Part shown: piece after piece, positions 37,827 through 48,198 of the stretch
Numbering within the stretch: the first letter of the stretch is position 1
How the letters are laid out: each line of letters begins with the position of its first letter
Origin: an uncultured Methylomirabilota bacterium
GTDB taxonomy: Bacteria > Methylomirabilota > Methylomirabilia > Methylomirabilales > 2-02-FULL-66-22
DNA: 64,000 bases
Assembly: GCA_963705305.1 (NCBI GenBank)
Contig: OY970067.1
Span: 4,608,001-4,672,000 of the forward strand
Direction: 5' to 3'
Made by a program: the position numbers and the translations under genes
Notes under the pieces: generated by a model
Seen by the model: only the letters and a program-made list of their open reading frames with translations
What the model was told of the DNA's origin: nothing
Databases searched by the model: none

Positions 37827-40385
37827 TCAGCTCAGCTTTGTCTCTTCCAGAATCGTCGGCGTGAGGAAGATCAGCAGCTCGATCTTGTCGTTGGGGCCGA
37901 GCGTCGTGCTCTTGAAGAGGGACCCCAGTATGGGCACATTGCTCAGCCATGGGACCCGGGACTCCGTCCAGCTGTCGTCGGTTTGCAGGAGGCCGCCGAT
38001 GACAACCGTGGCGCCGTTGGACACCAGGACGTTGGTTGTGGCCTTCCGGGTGTTGATCGGAAAGACGAAGCCGCCCGAGTAGGTGACTTCGGTGCCCGGG
38101 AAGGAGCGCTCCGCCTCCACCTTCATGGAGATCCGGCGGTCGTTGGTGATGTGCGGCGTGACCTTCAGCCGGATAAAGGCGTCCTGGAATGCTACCACCG
38201 TCCGGCCGGAGCTGTCGATCGTGGTATACGGCACCTGCTGCCCCTGTTTGACCTCGGCCTCCTGGTTGTCCAGCGTGGTCACCTTAGGGGCCGACAGCGT
38301 GCGGACCTTGCCCTCGCTCTCCCCGGCCGAGATCCGGGCCATCAGCGCCAGATTGTTATTGAACAAATTCCCGGCGATGATCCCCAAGCCGGCCGTGGGC
38401 GACGAGGCAGGCATCGAGATGGCCAAGGGGATGTCCGCGATGGTGGCCGGGGCTGTCATCGTCGTGCCGACCGAGGACGTAAAGATGCTGATGGGCTGCG
38501 CCTGGAGGGCGGACAGCGTCGTGGTTCCCGAAGCTCCCCATTCGATGCCCAGGCTCTGGCTGAAGTTCCAGGTCGCCTCCACCAGCCGCGCCTCGATGAG
38601 GACCTGCGGTGTCGGCTGGTCCAGCTCGTGGAGAAGGTTCTTCATTTTCCCGATCGTCCCGGCCGTTTCCTGAATGATCAGCTTGTTCGTCCGGTCGTCC
38701 ACCACGATGCTCGTGTCGGCCCGCCCGGGGGTCTTGAGAAGGCTCAGGTTCTTGACTACATCCGCGGCCTTGGCATAATTTACCGCGATCACCGCGGTCT
38801 GAAGAGGCTCCAGTTGGACTTGGGCCTTGCTTTGCGCCTCCTGCGCCTTGACGGCGGCAAGGCGGGCGTCCTCCTCCCGCTTGCGGGCGTCTTCCCTGGC
38901 CTGCTGCTCAGCAGCCAACTTGGCCTGGGAGGCCACCCGGATGATGTTCCCGTCTTCCTCATACCCCAAACCGTTGATCTTCAGGATGACATCCAGAGCC
39001 TGCCGCCAGTCCACATTGACCAGGCGCACTGTCACTTTGCCCTTGACATCATCTCCAGCCACGACGTTCTTCTCGCTTACTTCCGCAATGATGCGCAGGA
39101 GGTTGTTGATGTCCGCATCCTTGAAATCCATGGAGATGCGCCGGATCTCACCCCGCCCGGATTGGGTTGCCGCCGGTGCGGCGGCTTGCGCCGGGGGCGC
39201 CAGGGCCGGAGCCTGCTGGGCGGCCGCGCTGATCGCCGGCGATACCGGAGCGGTCGACGGCGCAACGGGCACATTGGCTTCGGCGGGAACCGGAGGAGCG
39301 GCAGCCGGAGGGGTTGCCGCTGGAGGTGCAGGCGCATTGACCTCGGCACTTGCCGTCGGCGCGGCAACGGGAGCCTTGGCTTCGGCGGGGGCCGGCGCCT
39401 GGGTCAGCAAGTTCACCGTAATGGCCGATGCGGTTTGCTGTACTTCGTACTTGACCGGCCCCTCGCGCAGGTCCGCCAGTACCCGCACGATCGGCTCCGG
39501 CGCTGTCTGAACCTGCGAGGCCTCCAGCCGATTCACGGGCGAGGCGACCTGGCGCAGATCCAGCGTCCGGGCCGCCGCCGGCTCCAGGGCGGCGCCGATC
39601 ACCTCCACCAACAGGCTCGGCGGGCTCAGGGTCTCGGAGACCCGATAGGTCACCTGACCGCTCGTCCCGATGACGATGCGCTGTCGTCCGCGAATGCTCT
39701 GCATGTCGATGCGAGTGACCTTCGCGGAGACGGCTGCCGCAGGTCCCGCGGCCGCCGGGATGGCAGCCGCTCCCGCCGGGGCGGGGGCACTTGGCGCCGC
39801 TCCCCCAAGCTCCACCCGGAGCTGATTCTCGGCCGACTTGACCTCGTACGTCAGGGGCTTTTCGAGGTCCAGCACGATCCGGACGACCTTGAGGGGTTGT
39901 TCCCGGTACTGCGAAGCGCGCACCGCCTTGACCAGCGGGGGTCGCGCGGAAACCGGCTGGGGAATGGCATTAACGGCATTCGGGATGTCCAGGACGAGCC
40001 GCGGAGGATCAGGCAGGGTGAAGGATTCGTACGTCGCAATCGGCCCGTCAGCACTCACCAGGACGGCGAGGGCCCCCGGCGCGGTCTCTTGGACCTCAAC
40101 CCCCGTGACCTCGATCGGGCCGCGGACAGGCTGCGGTTCCGGCGCAGGCGCAGGCAGGGCCGGTGCGGCGACCGCCGCCGCGGGAGGTGACGGGGCTTCG
40201 GGGGCAGGGGGCGCCGGGCTGACCTGCGGAGGCTCAGGGGCGGGCGCCGGGGCGGGGGCGGCTGCCACCGGGGGGGGCGGCGGTTGGACTGCCGCCATTT
40301 CGGTGGCGCAGGCTCCCAGCAAGAGTGCCGCTGCAACCAGCACGGGGCCACGCCAGAAAAGACCAGCGGACAACCGCGCGTCCAT
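37827..40385 (-). CDS. pilQ: Type IV pilus secretin with AMIN domains
   Basis: Lipobox LGAC; DPPRLVLDI AMIN domain; ISMDFKDADI; QVLIEARLVE; VPWLSNVPILGSLFK. Confidence 0.95.
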   Translation of the reverse strand: MDARLSAGLFWRGPVLVAAALLLGACATEMAAVQPPPPPVAAAPAPAPAPEPPQVSPAPPAPEAPSPPAAAVAAPALPAPAPEPQPVRGPIEVTGVEVQETAPGALAVLVSADGPIATYESFTLPDPPRLVLDIPNAVNAIPQPVSARPPLVKAVRASQYREQPLKVVRIVLDLEKPLTYEVKSAENQLRVELGGAAPSAPAPAGAAAIPAAAGPAAAVSAKVTRIDMQSIRGRQRIVIGTSGQVTYRVSETLSPPSLLVEVIGAALEPAAARTLDLRQVASPVNRLEASQVQTAPEPIVRVLADLREGPVKYEVQQTASAITVNLLTQAPAPAEAKAPVAAPTASAEVNAPAPPAATPPAAAPPVPAEANVPVAPSTAPVSPAISAAAQQAPALAPPAQAAAPAATQSGRGEIRRISMDFKDADINNLLRIIAEVSEKNVVAGDDVKGKVTVRLVNVDWRQALDVILKINGLGYEEDGNIIRVASQAKLAAEQQAREDARKREEDARLAAVKAQEAQSKAQVQLEPLQTAVIAVNYAKAADVVKNLSLLKTPGRADTSIVVDDRTNKLIIQETAGTIGKMKNLLHELDQPTPQVLIEARLVEATWNFSQSLGIEWGASGTTTLSALQAQPISIFTSSVGTTMTAPATIADIPLAISMPASSPTAGLGIIAGNLFNNNLALMARISAGESEGKVRTLSAPKVTTLDNQEAEVKQGQQVPYTTIDSSGRTVVAFQDAFIRLKVTPHITNDRRISMKVEAERSFPGTEVTYSGGFVFPINTRKATTNVLVSNGATVVIGGLLQTDDSWTESRVPWLSNVPILGSLFKSTTLGPNDKIELLIFLTPTILEETKLS

Positions 40386-40388
40386 GCG

Positions 40389-40904
40389 CTATTCCTCCTT
40401 CCTGAGCCGGAGTTCGACCAGGCGGGCCTGTGCTTTAGGCAAAAACGTCTCAGGTTTCACTTCGAAAGTGACAGCATCCGGCGTGATCTTGGTGACCCGA
40501 GCATCCTCGCCGATCACGTCGTTGACCCGCAAAACATAGCCCGCGCCATTTGATGCTTCGACCAGCGCGTAAAACCCCTGGCGTCCCCAAATAATACCGG
40601 CCAGCTTCAGTTCGTCCACATCCAGGGCCGCCAGCCCCGTCTTGGGCCGCGCCTTCGGACCGGCCTCCTTCGGCTTGATCAACGGCTGGAATGGATCGCG
40701 GCGATTGCCGGCGTCGTAGACGAACTCCTTGACCGGCGCGGCCGACGCGGCCGAGGGCGCGGCGGACTTCGCGGCCTCGGGATGACGAGGACGAGCAGGG
40801 GCCACACCGGTGGGAGATCCCCCCCCTGAGCATCCGCTCAGCTCCAAGACCGCCAGCATGGCGAGGACGCCGAGGAGACCCAGGCTACTTCTTCTCGGGG
40901 GCAC
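40389..40904 (-). CDS. pilP: Type IV pilus lipoprotein PilP
   Basis: Lipobox LSGC; RRDPFQPL; LKLAGII; position in the pil operon. Confidence 0.85.
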   Translation of the reverse strand: MPPRRSSLGLLGVLAMLAVLELSGCSGGGSPTGVAPARPRHPEAAKSAAPSAASAAPVKEFVYDAGNRRDPFQPLIKPKEAGPKARPKTGLAALDVDELKLAGIIWGRQGFYALVEASNGAGYVLRVNDVIGEDARVTKITPDAVTFEVKPETFLPKAQARLVELRLRKEE

Positions 40905-41493
40905 CGGCGGACCCTCCCTTTTCGAGGAATGTATATGTGGTCGCCTTGAGGTCGGCGACAATCGTCTTCCCATTTACCAGTTGGCCGGCCGGCAGGGGAG
41001 CCACCTTGATATCGGTGACGTTGACGATTCGCTCCAGCTTGCTGACACGATCCAGGAAGGCCCCCAGGGCGTGAAACCCCCCTTGCACCCGGATGTCAAT
41101 GGGGACCTCCGCATAGAAGCCTTTGCGCGCCGGCGTGCCCGGTCGGAAGAGGAGAAACTCCAGGCCGCTCTCCTGCCCCAGGGTGTTCACCTTCGTCAGC
41201 AGGGATGGGATGTCCTTTTCCTCAGGCAGCTTGACCAGGGCGACATCCAGATTCTCCTGAAGGCTTTTGAGCTCGGCCTCCAGCTTGGTCCGATTGGCCG
41301 CGACCGCCTGCTTCTGGCTGAGGTCGGCTTGCAGTTTCTGCAGCTGAAACTCGAGCTTTCCCATCTCGTCCCACAAGGGAAAGATGAGGAAGTAGGCATA
41401 GGCTGCAATGATGCCGATGACTGTCACGCAGGCCAGCATGTACAGCTGCTTTTTGGGAACGTTGGCGAAATAGCTGCGCACGTCCAGGGCCAT
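40885..41493 (-). CDS. pilO: Type IV pilus assembly protein PilO
   Basis: TM + coiled coil; LPEEKDIPSLL; FYAEVPIDI; LERIVNV. Confidence 0.92.
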   Translation of the reverse strand: MALDVRSYFANVPKKQLYMLACVTVIGIIAAYAYFLIFPLWDEMGKLEFQLQKLQADLSQKQAVAANRTKLEAELKSLQENLDVALVKLPEEKDIPSLLTKVNTLGQESGLEFLLFRPGTPARKGFYAEVPIDIRVQGGFHALGAFLDRVSKLERIVNVTDIKVAPLPAGQLVNGKTIVADLKATTYTFLEKGGSAGAPEKK

Positions 41494-41507
41494 GCATGCC
41501 TCCCAGG

Positions 41508-42059
41508 CTAGCCCTTCTTCTCCTTGACTTCCATCGTGATGCTGAACCGCTCAACCGGCACCTGCTGGACCGCAGTCTTTTCGGAGATCACCAGATCGAC
41601 GTTCGAAAGGACGGTGTCCTCCCTGCTCAGATTGGTCATGAAATTGGCGACGCCGAAGTTGGAGAACGCGATGCCGGAGAGGTCCATCCGCTTCCCGGTT
41701 CGACTCAAACTGGTCAGCCAGACTTCGTTGGGAAGTGCCTTGCTCACCCCGTCCAGCAGCCGCACCGGGCCCTCCTGGGCCGCCACCAGCTTATCGATGA
41801 TGTTGATCTTCTCCTCCAGGAGCTTCTTGTCCTCCCGGAAGTGCTCCACCTGCTTGGCCAGCTCGTCGAAGCGCTTCAATTGCGTCTGTGTCTGCTGGAT
41901 CTTGGCATGAAGATCCCCCAGGGTCCCGCTCAACCAATACCACCCATAGCCCATCGCCAGGATGACGACCACGGCGCCGACCCCGATCAGCACCGACGTG
42001 CCCTTGACCGGGGTCCTCCGCCTCCGTTCCTCACGCGGGAGAAGATTGATCTTGATCAT
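41508..42059 (-). CDS. pilN: Type IV pilus assembly protein PilN
   Basis: MIKINLLP N-terminus; LPNEVWLTSL. Confidence 0.93.
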   Translation of the reverse strand: MIKINLLPREERRRRTPVKGTSVLIGVGAVVVILAMGYGWYWLSGTLGDLHAKIQQTQTQLKRFDELAKQVEHFREDKKLLEEKINIIDKLVAAQEGPVRLLDGVSKALPNEVWLTSLSRTGKRMDLSGIAFSNFGVANFMTNLSREDTVLSNVDLVISEKTAVQQVPVERFSITMEVKEKKG

Positions 42060-42060
42060 G

Positions 42061-43122
42061 TCACTTGTCCCCCGCCTGCCGCAGGGCCAATCCTACGCTC
42101 ACGGCCAGCTGCGGAGCGATGATCTCCAGATATTCCGGATCGAATTTCTTGGGATCGGCTTTGATCTTCCGGAGGGGATTCGATACCTCAAATGGCATCT
42201 CGAGGTTCTCTGACAGGTATTCCACAAGGCCGGGGAGCCTGGCGGAGCCGCCGCTCAGGATGACCCGGTGAATCGTATCGCTGTGCGATGAGGAGCGGAA
42301 GAAATCAAAGGAGCGCCGGATCTCCCCCGCAACCTCGGCATTCACCATATCGATCGCCGGCTGCGCGTCGGCAAACGTGCGGCCCTCTACCTCCCCCCCC
42401 AGCTTCAGCGTTTCGGCCTGCTCGTAGCTCAGGCCGAGCATTTTCTGAATGGACTCGGTATAGCGGTTCCCTCCCAGCGGGGAATCCCGGGTGAACTCCG
42501 ACAGCCCCCCCTGGAGAATGTTGATGTTCATCACGGCCGCGCCCAGGTTCACCAGGCCGACAACCTGCTCGCGCTCCACCTCGTACGCGAGCTCGAAGGC
42601 GTTTTCCAGGGCAAAGGCATCCACGTCCACCACCACGGCGTTGAGGCCCGCGGTCGAAATGATGGACAAGTAGTCGTTGATGATGTCCTTCTTCACGGCC
42701 ACCAAGAGCACGTCCAGATCGTTGGCATTCGGGTCCGTGCTCTCCAACACCTGGAAGTCCAAATTGACATCCTCAATGGCGTATGGAACGTACTGCTCGG
42801 CCTCCCAGGGAATGGCATCCTCCAGTTCCTGGGGCTTCATTTTGGCCACTTTGATCTTCTTCACGATCACCGAGTGACCCGAGACGGCGACGACCACATC
42901 TTTCGTCTTGATCTGATTCTCGGTGAAAATCTGCTGGATGGCCGAGATCACCGTACCGGAGTCCATGATGACCCCATCCACGATGGTCTCCGGATGGAGG
43001 GAAGAGACGCCCAGGCGCACCAGCTCGCATCCACCTCGGGTCCGTTTCAGCTGAACGGCCTTGACGGAGCTGGCACCTATGTCCAGCCCAACCGCCTCCC
43101 TCTTCCGACTCATGGTAAACAT
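42061..43122 (-). CDS. pilM: Type IV pilus assembly protein PilM
   Basis: GLDIGASSVK; EAEQYVPY; LSGGSARL; VGLALR. Confidence 0.95.
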   Translation of the reverse strand: MFTMSRKREAVGLDIGASSVKAVQLKRTRGGCELVRLGVSSLHPETIVDGVIMDSGTVISAIQQIFTENQIKTKDVVVAVSGHSVIVKKIKVAKMKPQELEDAIPWEAEQYVPYAIEDVNLDFQVLESTDPNANDLDVLLVAVKKDIINDYLSIISTAGLNAVVVDVDAFALENAFELAYEVEREQVVGLVNLGAAVMNINILQGGLSEFTRDSPLGGNRYTESIQKMLGLSYEQAETLKLGGEVEGRTFADAQPAIDMVNAEVAGEIRRSFDFFRSSSHSDTIHRVILSGGSARLPGLVEYLSENLEMPFEVSNPLRKIKADPKKFDPEYLEIIAPQLAVSVGLALRQAGDK

Positions 43123-43178
43123 CTTGGAATCCTTTGCTGAGAAGAAGTTAGGCTTGTTGGCTTATTTTTATACACTGG

Positions 43179-43207
43179 CTTTTAGCCACAACATATTGAT
43201 TTGTCAA
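43179..43207 (-). promoter_or_regulatory. Putative sigma-70 promoter of pilM
   Basis: Minus strand TTGACA-N17-TAAAAG in an AT-rich tract. Confidence 0.55.
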
Positions 43208-44067
43208 GAACAAAATGAATTTTCCATTAGGTGTCACCGACCACCACAAGGATTTGCGATGGTACTCGACCCTTATGCTACATATGGTTGTGGCTGATCA
43301 ATGATTGATCTCGGCTCTTCGCCAGGAATCGGCGCTTCGTCAATCGGTTCTGCTGTTGAGTAGTCACATCTCGAGTTCCGTTCGAACCGCTGGTCGATTG
43401 CGTTACCGGGCCGCCTACATGTGATCGGCGCGCCTCGGTCCGGTATCGGGATTGAGTTGGCACACAAAGCGGGCAAGGAAGACGCACCCGATGTCGATAA
43501 GAGCAATACCCATGCCAACATACGAAGGACGCCTCTTTCTCAGTTGAAAACGCTCAGAGAGCGGCTGTTGAATAGAACAGCTTGCAGATCCCGCCATCCC
43601 GCGAGGGGGCGACTTCCGGCACTTCAGGCGCCTGCAGAGGCCGTGTCCCCTTTCTCCTTCGGCCGCCTTTTCGCTCTTTGCCGCTCATACGGGCCCCATG
43701 GAAAGATAGAGAAGCTGATTGGTCGATGCTGCGTCCAGGGCGCCTCGGGCCCCCGCCTCTTTCTTGGTTTCAATTAGCGAGATGTCCAAAGAGATCCTTA
43801 TCTACTCGAAATCATACGGTGGAAACAGGAGGGCTGGATTGATTAGCGGAAAATTGATCGGCAGGAGAGATATGTTCCCAACGGTCCTTCATGGCCGCCT
43901 GCGAGAGACCACACCAGGCTATCCGTCACTCCGAGAGAGGCTGTCAGTGTGTCAGAATTTGACGAGTGATGGCTGACGTATCGCCAGACATCAAACGAGG
44001 CACGGTGCCGGAATCCGAGCGGATCAATTCTGGCCTCCTCGACCCGATCACCCAAAGGCAGCTCATC

Positions 44068-45351
44068 TTAGGGAACGACTTCGTGCCAGCTTCCTCGCAC
44101 GATGTTGTATCTGGCGAAGGTGCACACGTGCTGCCGGAACATGGCCTCGTCGAAGTGGAACTGGGAGCCATCCTCCGCGTAGAGAGTGCGCCCCACCACC
44201 GATCCGTAGATCTGGGCCTTCTCCCCCAGCCAGATGTCCGTGTTCTTGCCGTACAGACTGCCAAAGAGGAGAAGGTTGTTCCCAGCAACGAATCTTGCGC
44301 TCGAACTCGTCCAATCTCCGGCGCTCATCGTCACGATCCGCAATTGTGTTCCGGGGTGTCCTCCCACCGTCACGCGATCCCCGATGGTTGTATTCCCCTT
44401 CACGTAGATCGTCACGGGACCCTCGCCGACCGCCAAGGTCGACTCCTTTTCGAAATTCAACGTGTTCACATAGACTGTCACCGGCCCGCTGTCGATCTTC
44501 AGAACGCCGTCTTCCCCCACCGACAGGGTATCGAAGGAGTAGGTGCCCGCGCTCAGGGTATATGACTTGTCCTCGGGCACGCTAAGATCTCCCGTGTGCG
44601 CGGGCGGGCTCGGAATCACATCCGGAAACTGCTCGCCGATGTCATCCGGACCTTCGGCGACGTCGGAGGCTTGGCTCCCTGTGATGCGAGCGCCCACCCC
44701 CTTGAGGATATCGTCGCCGGCCTGGACGTTACCCTTGACGCTGGCATTCCAGCCAAGCTTCACATCGCCGTTCCCGCCGAGTCCGCCGTTCTCGCCGCTC
44801 TTTGACGCGCCGGGGTACGCTTCCACGCTGGAGTCGAAGCTGTCCGTCCCGCTGCCGGCATCGAGCCAGAGCTCGCTGTCGGTCCGGTCGCGGTCGAAGA
44901 CCTTCCTGTGACCTGAAACGATTTGGTTTGGAATGGTGGCGAAGGCCGCCCACCGGAACGGATAGGAGAGCTGATCCAGCCGCACCCGAACCTGGGCCTG
45001 GGTCTGGCCTCCCCGGACCAGCAACGTGCCCGTGGAGACGACATTGCGCGCACTCGTCGAGCCGCAGCCAGCGGAGGCGTCAGCCGTCACTTGGTAGCTG
45101 CCGCCCCCCAAGGCAGCCGTGAGTGTGCCGCTGTATGTTGGATTGCTGTTCAGCACGGCGATGGCCCGATGGATTCCGGCATTCGCCAGGTAAAACGCCT
45201 GCGTGCCAGCCCGCTCGTTGAGAGCGATCTGGCCCTCCGTCGAGGAGATGGTGAGAAACGTCGTGCCAGCCAAGAGCAGGGCCGCCATGACCAGCATGAC
45301 GATGACAAGCGCGGCCCCCCGAGGGGGGCTACTGGTTCCGGAGACACACAT
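44068..45351 (-). CDS. PilX-like minor pilin with extended C-terminal domain
   Basis: RG|AALVIVML N-terminus lacking Glu5; AFYLANAGI; repetitive beta-rich C-terminus. Confidence 0.75.
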   Translation of the reverse strand: MCVSGTSSPPRGAALVIVMLVMAALLLAGTTFLTISSTEGQIALNERAGTQAFYLANAGIHRAIAVLNSNPTYSGTLTAALGGGSYQVTADASAGCGSTSARNVVSTGTLLVRGGQTQAQVRVRLDQLSYPFRWAAFATIPNQIVSGHRKVFDRDRTDSELWLDAGSGTDSFDSSVEAYPGASKSGENGGLGGNGDVKLGWNASVKGNVQAGDDILKGVGARITGSQASDVAEGPDDIGEQFPDVIPSPPAHTGDLSVPEDKSYTLSAGTYSFDTLSVGEDGVLKIDSGPVTVYVNTLNFEKESTLAVGEGPVTIYVKGNTTIGDRVTVGGHPGTQLRIVTMSAGDWTSSSARFVAGNNLLLFGSLYGKNTDIWLGEKAQIYGSVVGRTLYAEDGSQFHFDEAMFRQHVCTFARYNIVRGSWHEVVP

Positions 45352-46045
45352 CGGCAGTGAGGGTGTAGAATTCCGGGGCCAGGCCGGGCCGGGCATCCCG
45401 GGTCCTGAGGGTGATCGCGATCCGACGAACCTGGCGCAACTCCCAGGATGTCAATTGGGCGATGGCCCGCGGCAAGTGCTCCCGGGCCGGCGGACACGCA
45501 TTGGTCGACAGGGTGACCGGCGTGAGGATGTTGTTCGAGACGTCGTAGTAGGTGAAGGTCAACAGATCCACGGACTCGGCCAGAGGCTGGGCCCCGGCAC
45601 CGGCGGCAAAGGCCTTGTCGGTCGGGTTCCAATTCTCCTGCTTCCTGCGGAGCGTCGTCTGGCTGAGATCGTACGTGATCTGGACGCTCTTCTCGACGGC
45701 CGGATTCGCGTGGCGGTCGCTGTCGTAGGCGATGAAGGATAGGCAATCGACCATCGCGGACCGCAGGGCGCCCCGTGGATGGATGGCCACGTGCGACAGG
45801 GCATCCTCCGGATCGTAGCCGGCCATGCGGATTTCCCGCACCATCCGCCCCAGGCCGATGCGCGCATTCTGCTGCAGATCGGCCTTCAGCTCTCCCCGAA
45901 TCATGGTGCTGTGCATGGTCGTATAGAGCCCATAGACCCCGGTGATCACGAGGGAGAAGAGGGCGGCGCTGATGAGCGTCTCCAGCAGGGAGAAGCCCCG
46001 CGCCGTTTGCCGGCAGATCCACCCGTCAGTCCGTCCGGGCCACAT
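45329..46045 (-). CDS. PilW-like minor pilin
   Basis: RG|FSLLETLI; LQQNARIGL...REIRMAGY. Confidence 0.8.
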   Translation of the reverse strand: MWPGRTDGWICRQTARGFSLLETLISAALFSLVITGVYGLYTTMHSTMIRGELKADLQQNARIGLGRMVREIRMAGYDPEDALSHVAIHPRGALRSAMVDCLSFIAYDSDRHANPAVEKSVQITYDLSQTTLRRKQENWNPTDKAFAAGAGAQPLAESVDLLTFTYYDVSNNILTPVTLSTNACPPAREHLPRAIAQLTSWELRQVRRIAITLRTRDARPGLAPEFYTLTADVCLRNQ

Positions 46046-46556
46046 GCGTCACCAGGCTCACTGAGCGCGAGCTCGATCGGTCCCACCTGACCGTCACCGT
46101 CAACCGCCGGAGATCTGTCGGGCAGGGCGTCGCCGTATTCGTCGTGCCGTCGGCATTGACGCATACGACGGCGATGCTGCCGCTTCCGTTCGGCAGGCCT
46201 TGCCCGGGGCTCTGGGCCGCAGTCCCCGATAGATCGCACGCCCATTTCATCTTGGCGTAATCCGGATGGGACGGATCCACCGTCACGGGACAGCCATTGC
46301 CCGGGGCAATCGCGGTCGTCGTGAAGCTGTCGTACCGAGAGATCAGCGTGTCAAACGGCTCGGTCCGGATCACATCGAGCATCGCCTGGGCTAAAGCGGT
46401 TGCCTTCGTCGTGTGTCCACCGCTGACAATGGATCGGAGGGCGGAGGGGAACATCCCGGCCACCCCCAAGAGCGCAAATGCCAGGATCGTGACCGCGAAG
46501 AGCAGCTCGACCAGCGTAAGGCCGGCGGCCAGAGGCCGAGACGCGGGAGGTGCCAT
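46026..46556 (-). CDS. PilV-like minor pilin
   Basis: AG|LTLVELLFAVTIL; RRLTVTVRW; TGATG overlap with the upstream gene. Confidence 0.75.
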   Translation of the reverse strand: MAPPASRPLAAGLTLVELLFAVTILAFALLGVAGMFPSALRSIVSGGHTTKATALAQAMLDVIRTEPFDTLISRYDSFTTTAIAPGNGCPVTVDPSHPDYAKMKWACDLSGTAAQSPGQGLPNGSGSIAVVCVNADGTTNTATPCPTDLRRLTVTVRWDRSSSRSVSLVTHVARTD

Positions 46557-47065
46557 CAGCACGAGCCCTCGCAAATCCGAACTCGACCGGTGGAGGCCAC
46601 CACAACCTTGTATTGGCCGAGTAGGTTCCTGAGAGTAAACGTACACATCGGGCTTCCCGTACCGTCGGCCTGGAAAACCGGAGTGTTGTTGGCCGTCAGG
46701 GTGACATTCTCCGGAAGCTGGGTCGCCGCCCCGGTCAGGCTCACCCAGCGAGGGGACGAGATCGTCCCCTCGTCCCGCTCGACACTGTAGGTCCCGGCCG
46801 GAACGGGGATTGCACACCGCGTCACGCACACCCGGAATCGCTTCCGGGTGCCGACTGCCTGTTGGCGTGCCAGCCGCAGGTCCCCCGCCAGCTGCCAGGC
46901 GGCGCCGCGGACGCGGGAGCGCAGGACCACCGGGCTCATGCCCGGGATCGCAATGGCCGCCAAAATCATGACCGTCACGAGCAGGGTGATCAGCTCGACC
47001 ACGGTGACACCGCGGCACCGGCTCGTGTACGGCACCCGCTTCTGCACAGATCTCGCTCTGCTCAT
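46556..47065 (-). CDS. FimT/FimU-like minor pilin
   Basis: RG|VTVVELI...AIAIP; LRLARQQAV; TGRVRI. Confidence 0.75.
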   Translation of the reverse strand: MSRARSVQKRVPYTSRCRGVTVVELITLLVTVMILAAIAIPGMSPVVLRSRVRGAAWQLAGDLRLARQQAVGTRKRFRVCVTRCAIPVPAGTYSVERDEGTISSPRWVSLTGAATQLPENVTLTANNTPVFQADGTGSPMCTFTLRNLLGQYKVVVASTGRVRICEGSC

Positions 47066-47397
47066 GCGCCCGGAATGGATTCACGCGAGGACAGGATCGG
47101 TGTCCCGATGGAACGAGAACACCAGGAAGCGCACCGTGGGGAATGTCGGCGACAGCGGCGTCCGCCCCGGCCAGCCTGCAGTGTTGACCGCATGCTGGCC
47201 AGCCGGGGGTACGGTCGCAACCGGCCGGCGCATCGAAATCGGGGAGGCCTGCAACTCGAAGACTGTCTGCGTCAGGAGCGGCAGTCCCCGATGCGATCCA
47301 GGGAAGCGTGCGTCAGTCGCACATGATCGATGCGAAGCTGCCTCGAGACGTTTCAGATGGCTCACCCCGGTCCCCGGGGTGAGCCATCACCGCACGG

Positions 47398-48198
47398 CTA
47401 CTGGAGGGCTGACCGCAGCTCGGAAACGAATCGCCCCACCTCGGCCGCAAGGTGGGGAGAAGCCCCCGACGCCTCGATCCGGGCCACAACGGCGGAACCG
47501 ACGATCACCGCGTCAGCCAATGCGGCCACTGCCGCGGCCTGGTCCGGCCGGGAGATCCCGAAGCCGACGGCCACCGGCAGCGCCGATGCCGCCCGGACCC
47601 GGGCGATTCCCGCCGCCAAGTCTTCCGGCAGGCTGTCCCGGACCCCGGTCACTCCGCGGAGGGAAACATAGTATATATACCCGCGGCTCCAGGTTTTGAT
47701 CAAGGAGATTCGCCGCTCGGGACTGGTCGGGGCCACCAGCAGGACCGGATCGATCCCGGCCCGGTCCAGGGCAGGGAGGAAATCTCCCATCTCTTCGGGA
47801 GGGCAGTCGGACAGGATCAAGCCGTCCAACCCCGCGTCGCGCGCTGCCTGCGGAAAGCGGTCCAGACCGAATCGATGGATGGGGTTCAGGTAGCTCATGA
47901 GGACCAGGGGCACCTCGGAACGCCGGCGGATGGCTGCCACGCATTCGAGGATGCGAGGCAGCGTCGTCCCGGCCGAGAGGGCTCGCTGATACGCCCGCTG
48001 GTTCACCACGCCGTCCGCCAGCGGATCGGAGAAGGGGACACCGATTTCCACCACGTCCGCCCCTCGCGCCGCGAATTCCTGCACCAGGGCGGCCGTGACC
48101 TCCAGCGAGGGGTCGCCCGCGGCCAGAAACGGAATCAGTCCCTTTCGCCCTTGGGCCCGCAGGGCGGCGAAGGCACGGTCGATCCGGTTCTGACTCAC
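47398..48198 (-). CDS. trpA: Tryptophan synthase alpha chain
   Basis: [31 protein letters not shown] start 48198. Confidence 0.95.
   Translation of the reverse strand: MSQNRIDRAFAALRAQGRKGLIPFLAAGDPSLEVTAALVQEFAARGADVVEIGVPFSDPLADGVVNQRAYQRALSAGTTLPRILECVAAIRRRSEVPLVLMSYLNPIHRFGLDRFPQAARDAGLDGLILSDCPPEEMGDFLPALDRAGIDPVLLVAPTSPERRISLIKTWSRGYIYYVSLRGVTGVRDSLPEDLAAGIARVRAASALPVAVGFGISRPDQAAAVAALADAVIVGSAVVARIEASGASPHLAAEVGRFVSELRSALQ

Noticed and set aside
43621..43700. GGCAAA...GAAA on the minus strand as a c-di-GMP-I riboswitch upstream of pilM
   Set aside because: Lacks the paired P2 stem and the GACGCAAAGC core, and lies upstream of the predicted pilM promoter.
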